From NCBI RefSeq assembly GCF_009914755.1, contig NC_060945.1: 64,000 nucleotides of DNA; one strand, given 5' to 3'. Position numbers and translations under genes: made by a program. The stretch comes from the human T2T-CHM13v2.0 reference genome, Homo sapiens. The first letter of the stretch is position 1. Each line of letters begins with the position of its first letter. Under the pieces are notes generated by a model. That model saw only the letters and a program-made list of their open reading frames with translations, was not told the DNA's origin and did not search any database. Below are positions 43,176-55,900 of this stretch, one piece after another.

Positions 43176-43657
43176 AAGCTCCAAAAGAAACCAACCTGCT
43201 TAAAATAAATAAATGTCATTATATCTAATATAAATGAACCGATCCAATTCCAAAATTATTACATTTCTGTATTAAGCTTATTAATACTCTTTATTTGCAT
43301 GGTAGTCAACAATTTTCAGAGCATTCTTAAGTAAACTATGTCATTTAGCTTCATGCCATCATAATGAATTATTATACATTTAATTTTAGATTTGTTTAAA
43401 AAACTGGAATAATTCTTTCAGAGAGTTGCCCTGTGACATTTGTGGCAAATAATAGAGTTGAGACTAGAACCCAAGGCTATTGAGTCTTCACATACCTTTC
43501 ACCGTACTTACTGATCCTGTAATCTCAGGATCTTGAATAGATTTTTTTTTTCTTATGTTTTATTCCCTCAGAATCTTTCTGTTAGACAGCGTATCCTAAA
43601 AAACCAAACTAGGCAATTTATTAGTGAATGTATGAGTAAATCACATTGTAAAATAGG

Positions 43658-44545
43658 TGCAAACCAAAAATAAAATTCCAAGCTCCCCAGCCAACTGACT
43701 GGAACCCCCTCTCAACCAAGGAGATTCCAAAGAAACCTGAGAAACTAGTTCAGGCCGTGATAGGAAGTGAGGGTCAGACGTGCTTCATTATACCCTGTCC
43801 CTTCTGGAGTGTTCAGGCACAACTGACCAGCATTAACATTAAAACAGAGATATTAAGACTGACAGAACAGACTCTTTGTAGCAAGAAGATACTAAATTCC
43901 AACCTGACTCCAATGTAGCATTACATGACAGATAGCAGATCCTGGAGGAAATATACATCCCAAAATATATTTCTTTGTCATATTTTGGAATGGACCCACA
44001 GAGCTGTCTCTTGTGAGGGAAATTTGAATTCTGTAAAGACTCTCCTTCCCTTATTAGGTCTTTACCAGAGAGTCTGGCACCTTTTAAGGCCCAATTAGAG
44101 ACATTCACGTCTATTCTCTCTGAAGCCTGCTACCTGGAGGCTTCATCTACATAAGAACCTTGGCTTCCACAACTCCCACCACCCTTACCTTAACTCAAGC
44201 AGATTTAAACTCTTTAGACAAAGCTTAATTCTTTCAACCAACTGCCAATCAGAAAATCTTTTAATCTACCTATGACCTAGAAGCTCACCCTGCACCCCCT
44301 TCCCAAGTTGCTTCAAGATATCCCACCTTTCTGGGCTGAACCAATGTATACCTTACATGTATTGATTTATGTCTCTGCCTGTAATTTCTGTCCCATTAAA
44401 ATGTATAAGATCAAGTCGTAATCTAATCACCTTGGGCTCATGTTCTCATGGCCTCCTGAGGCCGTGTCACGGGTCACAGTCCTCATATTTGGCTCAGAAT
44501 AAACCCCTTCAAATATTTTACAGACTTTGACATTTTTCATCAACA
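43658..44545 (+). mobile_element. MER4-family (MER4D/E-like) ERV1 solo LTR
   Basis: TGCAAACCAAAAATAAAATTCC...GGCTCAGAATAAACCCCTTCAAATATTTTACAGAC...CAACA; about 890 bp with TG...CA termini. Confidence 0.85.
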
Positions 44546-45348
44546 GGAGCTTCTTTAAAAAATTCTCTCACCCACAGGTAAGATAGGTACCAAGGCAGCT
44601 TGATCACAGTGGTTTGGAATACTTTGTTTTCTGACTATGTTATTTTCAGATATGTGGCCTTCAGATCACATTATACTAGTGAGTAATTATGCTTGTATGT
44701 AGACTGAGGTTGGTTTGAGGGAAAACAATCATTAACAAAATAATGCATTTGTTACTTGGAATTCTAGAAGTTTTCTGAGCTCAAAGTACAGGGCAAGAGA
44801 AGTGGAAAGAGGTCAAATGTAGACATCTGAAGATATACTCATCTCGCCACAGGTATGCTGGGATTTTAAAGCACCATCCTGCAGTTTACACTTAAGTTCA
44901 ACTACCTGATAGGAGGTATATAGTAGGAAGAGCATGGAGAATACATGTTCTAACTTGGGATGAGATTGGGAATGTTCAGGAGATGGAAGAAGTGGGAGGT
45001 AAAAATGAGAAAGCAAGGAGGCCAAATGTACTTTTAAAAGCCAGAGGGTTGTGCTCATTCAAACAACCGGGCAATCCTCCATTATCAAGAATGCAAGACC
45101 CATTGTCCTTTTCTTTCTCTTTCAAGTTCCTTGTAACTTAAGCTCCAAATTTTTTCTTCGTATCTTAATTTCCTCTTTAAGTTTTTCCTTGATTCTCTTA
45201 GTCCATTGTCTTCATGTGAATGATATGTCCTTGCTCTGGCTGTATTTGCTATACACTCTTGAGAGATTTCTGAATTTATCCTCCATTTCTAACCTTGGAA
45301 ATCTACAAAGAGAGGCTTAAATACAACTAAGCCATGCCATATAATGAC

Positions 45349-45381
45349 CAAAACAAACAAACAAACAAACAAACAAACAAA
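45349..45381. repeat. (CAAA)n microsatellite
   Basis: Direct read. Confidence 0.9.
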
Positions 45382-45538
45382 GCATGGCTAGGCACTGGTT
45401 TGTTTTGTTTATGTTTCCAAACAATTTTAGATTGTTTGGAAATTATGGTTTTATAAAAGGAAAATGAACCAACAATTTTACAGTGCTTTCTAGAATTTGT
45501 AAACATGAAAGACTTCTCAATGGAAATCAGTTTATAAC

Positions 45539-46272
45539 TGTAACTGCCCAACGGGTTCACCTTGCCCACGGCCTAGAGAGAGCCCATTTATCAAGACAGG
45601 GGACTTGCAATTGAGAAAGAGTAATTCACGCAGAGGCGGCTGTGTGGGAGACTGGAGTTTTATTATTACTCAAATTGGTCTCCCTGAAAAGTCGGATACG
45701 GAAGGTTTTAAGGATAATTTGGTGAGTAGGGGCTCGAGAAGTGGGGAGTGCTGATTGGTTGGATTGGAGATTAAATAATTGGGGGTCAAAGTGGGTTCTT
45801 GATGGCTTCTGTTCCTAGATGGGATCTCAGAACTGGTTGAGCCAGATTACCCTTCTAGGTGGTGTCTGTCATCTGCTGCATTGGAGTGCAGGGTCTGCAA
45901 AAGATCTCAAGCATTAATCTTAGGCTTTACAATAGTGATGTTATTCCCAGGAGCAATTTGGGGAGGTTCAGACTCTTGCAGCTGGAGGCTGTATGACCCC
46001 TAAACCATAATTTCTAATCTTGTAGCTAATGCGTTAGTCCTACAAAGGCAGACTGGTCCCCAGGCAAGAAGGGGGTCTTTTCGGGAAAGGGCTATTATCA
46101 AATTTGTTTCAGAATCAAACTATAAACTAAATTTCTTTCCAAGGTTATTTAGGCCTATGCCCAGAAATGAAAAAGGACAGATTAAAAGTTAACAGGAAAA
46201 TGGAGTTGGTTAGGTCTGACCTCTTTCACGGTCGTAATTTCCTCAGTTATGATTTTTGCAAAGGCGGTTTCA
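45539..46272 (-). mobile_element. LTR8 ERV1 solo LTR
   Basis: Minus strand starts TGAAACCGCCTTTGCAAAAATCATAACTGAGG; perfect 4-bp TSD TAAC at 45535 and 46273. Confidence 0.88.
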
Positions 46273-47199
46273 TAACATTCAAACTTAATGCCCATATGCT
46301 TCTGTCAGATCAACGGTATAATCAGGGAAATAGTTTACTAAGAATGCGTGTCACTCTAAAATGGTACCTGAACCTTTTGTCATCCACAGCATAATTTTAA
46401 CAGCTTTGATAAGGGACATTTTTCCCAATCAACCTTTGCTACTCTGAAGACATGATACAAATTTTTGAGTAAACAATGTCTAAATCAAAGTGCAATGTTT
46501 ATTCTCAAATACATATTTAAGTCAATGTAGTCTTTTTAGTTTGATTAGATGTGAATTTCTCATACTTTGTGCTATATTAAGAAATAACCATCTAAGTTTT
46601 TCTCTTTTTGTTCACCTAAACATTTTCTTCTCCTACATTAAGATACACAAAGGCAGTGAATTATAATTTGTTAATGGTGATCATAATAACTCAATACATG
46701 AGAAATTCAAATTTTTTTTCATTTCAATACAAATAAGTTTTCAGGACAGGCATACAGAGAAAAACTTGAGTGCATTCTGCTTTGTTTGGCTCATTTAGAA
46801 GAAAAACTGTAGCAGGTAAAATCGGTGGGGAAAAATTAGACAAGTTTATCTTTTAAAAATTATTTTCATTGTGGAATAATACATGTTCACATATAAAAGC
46901 ACAGAAAGGCCTAAACAAGAAAAGAAATGTCTAGAGAACCATTATTAATATTTTTCTATTTCTGTATAGGTTCTTCCCTATATATACATACATATAGTGT
47001 GTACTTGGGTGCCTGTATTTCATATATATGCACACACATAGATATACACAGAAACACAGGATATGTATGTGTGTATATATGCATTCCTACAGCTATATAT
47101 TCTGTTTTACAATTCTTAAAAATTAACAATAAAAGATTAGTAAATTCTAATGCTACAATATACAATCTGGAAAAAAGAAAAATCAACTATTCCTTTACT

Positions 47200-48135
47200 G
47201 CACATCTTATGTTATTAAGCATTTACTATATGTTGCTTCTGTACTCAGTGCTGTGGTCACAATTTCTGCCCTAGAGAGCCATCAATTTAACAGAAAGATT
47301 AAACAGACAATTTTGCAAGAATGATAAATTCTGTAGTAGAAGAATGCCCAGGATGATATGGGAACACACAGCAGGGAATTTAATTCATACTGGAAGTAAC
47401 CAGGATGTTTTTTCAGAAAAGGTTCACATCTGAGCTACGTATTTAAGGGTCAGTATGAGTTTCGGTGAAGGAGGTGGGTCTAGATATGGGGAGGTAGGTG
47501 GCAGATCAGCTTGAAAGTTACGAGAGTAGAGCACATTAGAAAAAGTGAAGGCAGTCTCCCATCACCACAGGATAGGGTAACGAGAGAGGTGTGGTGAAGT
47601 GATGAATGATAAGGCTAGAGAATTAAGTAGGAACAGATAATTAAAAATCAGTGTAAGTGTTTGAATTTCATTCAGAAAGTACTTGAGAGCTAAGGAAACA
47701 TTTTAAACTGGGCAGTGGTGTAATCAGATTTGCAATTTCGAATGCTCTACTGAGCAGTCTGGTGAGTGCATTGGAAAAGATGAAGTATAGAGTTATGGAG
47801 ACTAGTGAGAATTGATAATGATTCTGTGAAAGGAGATAAATACATACATATACTGAAGAAGAGGCAGTGGGGAGGAAGGGGAAGGGGTAAACCTGACGGT
47901 TAAGTTTTGACAGTAATATTGCTGGGACTGAGTGATTGTGTGTGAAGTATGAAGGAGAGGAAAAAGACAATGGTAATATTTGGATTTATAATTTGAAATC
48001 TAGATGGATGATTGAGCACTGTAGAGAATAAGATTTTAGAAAGAAGATGAGTTTCATTTTGAACAGATTGGGTTTGAGATTCATGTGGAACATTCAAAAT
48101 AAGTCATTAGGTAGAAGGGCTGAGCTGAAAATTTA
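47200..48135 (-). mobile_element. L2
   Basis: TATTAAGCATTTACTATATG...GTAATCAGATTTGCAATTT...GATGAGTTTCATTTTGAACAGATTG. Confidence 0.65.
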
Positions 48136-48154
48136 GAGTGGCTTGGATGACAGA

Positions 48155-49250
48155 TCAGTGTATCTCAACTTTGTTATACATAATAAACAGCTTTTAAAAA
48201 ATTTTATCGTCTATGCTACATTCCACACCAACTAAATCAGAATCTCTAGGGGCAGGAACCAAGCATTGACATTTCTTTCTTTTTTTTGTTAACTTTTATT
48301 TTAAGTTTAGGAGTACATGTGTAGGATGTACAGGTTTGTTACATAGGTAAGTGTGTGTCACGGGGTTTGTTGTACCAATTATTTCATTACTCAGGTATTA
48401 AGCCTAGTATGCATTAATAATTTTTCCTGAGCCTCTCCCACCTTCCACCCTCCACCCTCCAACAGGCCTCAGTGTGTGTCATTCCCCTGTATGTGTCCAT
48501 GTGTTCTCATCATTTAGCTCCACTTGTAAGTGAGAATATATGGTATTTGGTTTTCGGTTGTGCATTAGTTTGCTAAGGATAATGGCTTCTAGCTCCATCC
48601 ATGTCCTGGCAAAGGACATGATCTTGTTTTTTTTATGGCTGTGTAGTATTACATGATATATATGTACCACATATTCTTTATCCAATCTATTATTGGTGGG
48701 CATTTGGATTGATTCCAAGCCTTTGCTATTGTGAATAGTTCTGCAGTGAACATACGGGTACATGTATCTTTATAATAGAATGATTTATTTTCCTTTTGGT
48801 GTATACCCAGTAATGGGATTCCTGGGTCAAATGGTATTTCTGACTTTAGGTCTTTGAGGAATCATCACTGCACTGTCTTCCACAATGGTTGAATTAATTT
48901 AATTTACACTCCCATTAACAGTGTATAAGCATTCCTTTTTCTGCACAACCTCTCCACCATCTGTTATTTTTTGAATTTTGATAATAGCCATTCTGATTGG
49001 TGTGAGATGGTATCTCATTGTGGTTTTGATTTTCATTTCTGTAATGATCAGTGATGCTGGGCTTTTCTTCATATGCTTGTTGGCCACATGTATGTCTTCT
49101 TTTAAAAAGTGTCTGTTCATGTCCTTTGCCACTTTTTAATGGAGTTTTTTTTTTTCTTATACATTTGGTTAAGTTCCTCATAGAACGCACTGACATTTCA
49201 AAAACTCCTTGGATGGTTCCAGTGGGCATCCCAAGATTTAGAATCACTCT
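48155..49250. mobile_element. MER5A-type hAT element split by the L1 at 48276-49184
   Basis: CTAAATCAGAATCTCTAGGGGCAGG on the left; AAAACTCCTTGGATGGTTC...TTTAGAATCACT on the right. Confidence 0.6.
48276..49184 (-). mobile_element. L1PA (about L1PA10-13), 5'-truncated 0.9 kb
   Basis: L1PA 3' UTR and ORF2 C-terminus (KDMNRHF...[15 protein letters not shown]); TSD GCA(T/C)TGACATTTC at 48263 and 49187. Confidence 0.9.
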
Positions 49251-49399
49251 CCCAAAGAGATGACATAGACCAGTGGATCTCAATGTTGATTCCACAGTAG
49301 AATCATTTGAAGTGCTTTAAAAATTCTCAAGATGCAGGTCATGTCGTGCAAGCATTAAATGGGAGTATAAGGAGACAGAGCCCAGATAGTAATATTTTT

Positions 49400-50650
49400 G
49401 ATACCAGCTTTATTGAGGTATAATTTGCATAATATATAATTCATCCTTTTGAGGTGTACAATTTGATGTTTTTTAGTATACTAAGTTTATATGGACAATT
49501 CATATCAGTGGTGTTATACGATATATGTTCTCAAATGTGGCTTTAATGTTGAATTGAAATAGGAATAACAAACATCCTTGTCTTGTTTCTGATCTTAGAG
49601 GAGAAGTATTCATTTTTTAATGATTAATTACAATGTTAGCTCTGGGTGTTGTTAGTTTGTTGCTATGGATGCTTGTTTGTTTATTGAGTTTCCTGAATTA
49701 ATTGTGAAGAGTCTGATTTTCTGTCATGCATACCCCTCAATATCTCTGATCAGTTAGCTTAGCGGTCAGCTAATGACTTCACATAGATTTCTTTGAATGC
49801 ATTAAACTAGTAAGTTGCTGTCATTTTGCTGAAGGGCTTTGGGCGCGTGTGTTTGAGGGGAATATTTCAACACTCCAGCAGGCAGTTTGAAAACTCTTCT
49901 TTAGCCTTCGTTTCCTGCTTGTGCAAAGCCTCAGACTTATCCACAGGTGAGAGATTAAGGCCTTCCCAGGTCTTTTCTGCGCTTGTGCACATCCCTGCAA
50001 GTGCATATGATCTTCTAGAGTTCCAGGAATATGTTAGATATTTTCAACACTCCATGTGAAAATCTCATCCCCTGGTTTTTTCTTTTAAAGTTTTTGGTCT
50101 GTTACTTAACCCAACTTGTGTCACTGCCTCAGCTGCACAATTGAATAATTGCCACTGATTGATTTTAACAAATTCCTTAAGGACAGGGCTGTTCATACCA
50201 AACGAGCTGCTGCCTCAAATTTGAGTCAACTGTCAGTCACATCAGATAAAAACAAGCCCTGAGAATGAAAGTGCTAGTGAGGTGAATAGTGACAGTTCTC
50301 TAGGGATAGGATTTTCCAGGAACTCCAAACCCATTCACTCCCTCCCAGTGGCTCCTAGGCTTCTGGAGTTTACAGTTTGTGTAGCTTTTGGTTGGAAGGC
50401 TACCATGGACATAGGGAGGGGGAATAGGGCAGATTTAAATGCCACAAAGCTTGCTGTTTTTACCAAGGGCCAGTTGATCTTCTGGAATAAATGTTCCTCA
50501 AATTCTCGCAAGCCTTTGCTTAATTGCTAGAGTTCTGGCAAAATTAATTTTTTTCCTTTTTCAGTAGTATTCGCTGTCTTTTTTTTTTTTTAATGGAGGA
50601 GAGGATTTATGGAGGTCTGCACTTTGCCATTCAAAAGGGTTTCCTATTAT
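49400..50650 (-). mobile_element. Old L1M fragments nested in a MER5-type element
   Basis: CAGCTTTATTGAGGTATAATTTGCAT 3' end, CATCCTTGTCTTGTTTCTGATCTTAG ORF2 piece, 5'-UTR-like segment. Confidence 0.55.
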
Positions 50651-52705
50651 AATTTGTATACCACCTTATAGATACCCATGTTCAGGAAAAGTTGAAAAAC
50701 ACTGGTTTTTACAGAAAAGAAGATCAAGGGCCAGATTCTAGAAAACACAAACATTTAAGACCAGGAAGAGGAGGAGGAGCAAGAGCTTATAAATAAGGCA
50801 GATAAGGAATGGTTCTGAAATGAATGGGCTTATAAAAAGTAAAAGAGAAAAGAGTTTTAGGAATAGAATAATTAAAGCTATTGAATGCTGCCTACACAGA
50901 TTAGAAAGTTGATTGAAAAATACTGATTTGAATTATCTACAAAAAAGTCACTGAGATTTTTTTTTAGAACAACTTCAGTGGAGTGATGGGGCAGAATCCT
51001 GACTACAGTTAAGTTGTTACATAAATAGGAGGTTAAAAAAGAGAAAATAATTATAGGTAACTCGGAAGGAGCCGGACTGAGAAAGGAAGGGGAGAGAATA
51101 TAGGCTGGAACAAGACATGAAGTAAAGAAAGTTGCATTCTCCCAGGGCTCAGTTTAACTGCTCTATTTATTATTCATAAATTTTCTTTTTGGTATCTGTT
51201 CTAGACCATAGGGCTATCACTAGTCATTTGGACTTGTGGGTGAGGAGAGTGACCTTTCTCCCATTATGTAATGAAGAAATGTAATCCTAAATATTAGTCA
51301 TGGCTCTAAACAGATTCTCAATGAAATGGTGGCGACAAATAATAACTGGACCTATGAGGGGCAGTAGACTGAAGCATGCATGAAGTCTGAGAAAACTGAG
51401 ATTAAATCCCTGCTTCACCACCCTGCTGGTGCTAGCTGTATGACCTTGACCTAAAATTACTTAGGCTCTCTTGACTTTGCTTTCCTCATGTGAATAATAA
51501 CACTAATCATTCAAGATTGTCATGTGGGTTAATTGAGATAATGCCCAGTCTTGGCAATAAAGAGAACTCCTAGTTCTGCCTCTTGGATGCTGTGTTAGAA
51601 TGGAAGAGTTAGCTTTTTAATATCTCCATTTTCTCATCTGTAAAATAAAAAAGTTGGGTTATATAATCTTCATGCTTCTTTTCAACTTTAACTATATGAG
51701 CTTCCAATTTCTTTTAGTTCAGAGCTATTCTTCATGTACTTTGTGGGCTAGATAGATATTTCGAGTTGGCCTAGGACTTAAACCATTCTGTAGATGACAG
51801 TTTCCACTGGAAAAGGCATTCCAAAGAATTGACTTACAAACTGTGGAAGACAGCTCTGCCAAGCTGGGTAGTAGTTTTAAATAGATGGGCTTAACCTAGG
51901 ATATATAATAGAAAGGGCTCACCAATGCATAGTTCAAATCCTTTAGAAATGAGCTTTGAAGAGAGGGGCAAGTGGCATAATATCAGATTTCAAAGTTAAG
52001 TCTCTGTTTTGGGGGCTCCTGGATTGATCATTATAACCGAAATCTTTCTTTGTTTATGAATGTTTATAAATGCTAGCTTTTGGCAGTTGAGGAGACTTTG
52101 AAGCAGCAAACTGCACAAGGAAGAAGGACAAGTTTGAAGCCAGATAGGGTTCAGTAGGGGTAAAGCAGAGAAAAAGAGTAAATCGTTGGATGCAGGATGA
52201 TTAGTAAGACCAGCAAGTGATATGAGTACCGAATTGGATAAGGGACTCAGAGACTCAGGAAAAGGGAGAACTGGAGGCCCGGTAAGGCTGAGATGGGCCA
52301 GAACAGGAAGAACAAACCAAAAGGATTTGCCTTCTCAGAGACTGATTTATTTTTCCCACCAATGATTTCAGCTTGTTTTGTTGAAGTCACCGATGCATTG
52401 TGGTAGAATTTTATCTGAGTAGGTAGTATGTAATTTAACCTCCCGTTTCAGGGCAATTAAAGACGTGCTCATTTTCTTTTAGCAGATTAGTGCTTTAAAG
52501 GTTAAGGAAAATTAACTTAGAGATTTAAAAGGAGATAAAATAATTAGGAAATAAAAACATTGAAAAACAATACTACATTCACTGTGATTTTATTAAAAAT
52601 CAGTTTTTACACAACTTTTAACACATGGTATCCTATCGTTTCTGTCTAAATTGTAAAACTATGTCTGCTTTGACATTTTTTTCTCCCCCTGCTTATTTCC
52701 TTCAG

Positions 52706-52981
52706 GTGGCCTGTCACATACATTTATGTTTAAAATTAAAGATGGCCAATTTTCCTTTAAGGCTGTTCCAATTCCACACCACTTCTCGAAATAACTGGAG
52801 CTGTCCAGGATGGGCTGGGAATATCCCATCTACGTTGTCTGCCTTACTGGAGGCTTCGCATTCTCTCAGAGACACTTTGCTCATGTACACCATTTGGCAA
52901 GAAAGAGTCATTGGCATGTCCTTGGATGACCCCTTGTCTAAGTGGACTTTTTGGATGGTACTGTTGATCAATGGGGGCTTT
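52706..52981 (+). other. Candidate 276-nt exon (noncoding or smORF-bearing)
   Basis: Branch-like TTTGAC, long polypyrimidine tract, TTCAG| acceptor, donor TTT|GTAAGC; one frame open throughout. Confidence 0.35.
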
Positions 52982-55900
52982 GTAAGCGGGCAGGCCCCAC
53001 TGCTGCCCTGAAGATCTCTTCTGCACCCTGCAAATGACACTAACATTATGAAAAATTTCTCCAAAGACAGATATTTTCAATTAGCCAAATTACTCTAACA
53101 GTAATTTAAATCAGGAAGATTTAAGGCAGAGCTAGTTCCTATGCCAGCCAAGAAGACTGCTCTGCCAGTTGAAAGGCAAGCACATCCTTCCCTGCCAACT
53201 TGCAATGAGATGGTTCTTGCAGTGACAGCAGATCTACCATGCACGTTTGATTTAAAGCCCTCCATTACCATACCTTTGTAATTATCATCAGGCAATGATG
53301 AGTCCTGGGGAAAGTATGGATCTTAAATTCGAGGATCCAGAAGCCTAATCGAAATGCAGCACATGAAATGAATCTTTCTTCTTGGTATATCTCCTCTTTT
53401 CAACCAATTGGTCTTGATTTAAGTAAAATTGTAGCAAAACCCTGTGCCAATATTGTGATTCTTTTTCACTTTGCTAATCAAAATGTTGTTTCGCAAGGCT
53501 CTGATGGTGTTCAAGACACCTTATAGGAGGTATGGTTTTTCTTTAAGTTGGCTGGCATAGATCCTTTATTTCACATGAAGTCATGAGAACGATTTGTAAA
53601 GATTCCTTTGACTGGTAAATTCGCTTATTCTGGGATAGTGCTCTCACAATGATTCTATGAGGCAAATATTATATTGGTGATTTTTTTTGTTTGCTGTTCC
53701 TTAAGGTTAATGATATGTAGACTACTCTAAATCTACCTTTTTCCTACCTAGGGACTGTATGTTATTTAGAAAACATAAATTTCAGAGGATTTGTAAGGAT
53801 GAGCGAGGTTGCTTTTTCTTTATAAGATCTAACTTCAATTAGCAACATTTTGTTAAATATCTAACTTTGCCCATTGCCCAGTGCTTTACTTATAGTTAAG
53901 CAACATGGTGTGAAGAAAGAGGCATAGGCTTAATTCCAGATCTCAGTACAAATCTGAATTCTTCTTACTTGTAAATTGGTGTGACCATGGATAGATATCT
54001 TTACCCCTCTACCATCCCAAATCTCTCCTACAATATGGTGGTATTGAAACTGACCCTCTCTAGTTCCTCTCCATCTTTGACACCTATGATTCTATGAATA
54101 TGGGAATTCTCCTCTTGAAGAATTAACCATCAGCCCCCATGTTTAGTACTTACTATATAATTTTGTTTAAACAGTTATTTATGACATTCTCGCAATGCAA
54201 ATTTAGGAACCCTTTTCTTCCAGGACTTCTCTTCCACCTGTCTTTTATTATTTCAGATAATGGAAATTTGAAACCAAAAAGAGATATATCAGCATTATTC
54301 TTATATTCATAGACTCAGGGTTAGAATGGAATTGGCTCCTTTTGGTTTGGGGAATAGTATCCTTCACTGGGACACCTTTATCTAATAGGCTCATTTAGCC
54401 TTTAACACTTGCCCACTTTGTATTACTATATTAAATACAGAGTGCTGCCTTACCAGCCAGATGATAAGTTCTTGTAGGTCTGGGGTCATGCTTTTGGGCT
54501 CCAAATATCTCTAGCACCTAGTATGTAACAGCTAGCCCACAGCTAATCACTTAATAAGTTGTACACCATGATTTTTTTTTCTAAGAAAAACCTTATGGAA
54601 GAATAGTACTAAAGATTTCCTTTTAATCACTGAAATGCAAACAATTTTCCACAACATCCAATGAAAACAGAATGTATAAATGAATCATTTGGTGTACTGT
54701 AATTAACAGAAGTCCAATTTGGTGTAATTAGTGTCAATTTATTTTTAATTGACAATTCCTCTTATACATCATATAGTATATAGCTAAGTATTTCTACTTC
54801 ACAAATAGCTTACCTAGTACATAATTTTATGCTAAGTATCTGTGTAGTCTTTCTCCTCTTAAAACAATACGATAAAAAAATAGAAAACACACACACGCAC
54901 ATACAACTGTATACTTTGAAAACCAGAATATCTCAGTTTAGAAGGCAAATATCCCAGTCTCATGACTTTAGGGATGTCTCCCTTCACTGGGCTCTTCAGC
55001 TATGATTTGGCTCTATTGGTTCGGTACTGTGATGCATATGTTGTGATGGGATTGGGTTGCTATCATAGTCTTTGATATTGGTACTGCTTCTTCAGCTAGA
55101 TTGCAAATTCATTGACAGAAAAGACTATGTATTTTATGTTTCTTTGTTCCAAGTGTCTAATAGAGTTTTATTTATTTAGAAAGTTCTCAATTAGTAGTTG
55201 CTGCAATCATGCAGGTAGGGCAATAGACACATTGCTCATTGAAAGCTCGCAATAAAATCAACAAATATAAATCTATTTATTAAGCTTCCTAATTTACAAA
55301 CAAAGCAGAAATAGCTATTTTTATACTAATTAAACTACTGTAAATTTTGTATCCTGTTTGTCTTATGTGAAGAGGTATATTTTGATCTTTTAGGTGTTGC
55401 CATAGAGTTTAATCTGAAATCTTACGTGGCATAGGATATTTCAAGAGTTAAAATGCTTTTAATTCAGCTAAAATAACAAATGTATTAGATAATTACATTT
55501 CTCTATATCAACACTGCTGCACACATTAAAATGGGAGGCAGCTTTGAAATTATTGAAGAAAAGATAGATTTTTATTATAGTAATTTATATGATGTCTAAT
55601 TCATGTCTCAGAAATGCACTTATAAATAATCCTTAAATTACATCTTTCACTTATATTTGAAGAATTTTTGGCTTTTTTCAGAGGAAAACTATCCTACACC
55701 TCTTACAGCACAGTAAATAAAACATTTATAAAGGTAGGTAGTAAAAAAGGGACAGTCTAGAAAAATCTATATAAATCAGGATCCTGAGAGTTCTTTTTAA
55801 GATTGAGGATGAGAAGTAATTTTTCTCATTAAAGTCCCTTGTGTGAATAAAATAGTTCAATATTTTATAAATATTTAATAAATTATTATTTCCTACAACT

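Noticed and set aside
51352-51368. CTCF-like CCTATGAGGGGGCAGTA
   Set aside because: Three mismatches in the 5' half of the core; cannot be supported without ChIP data
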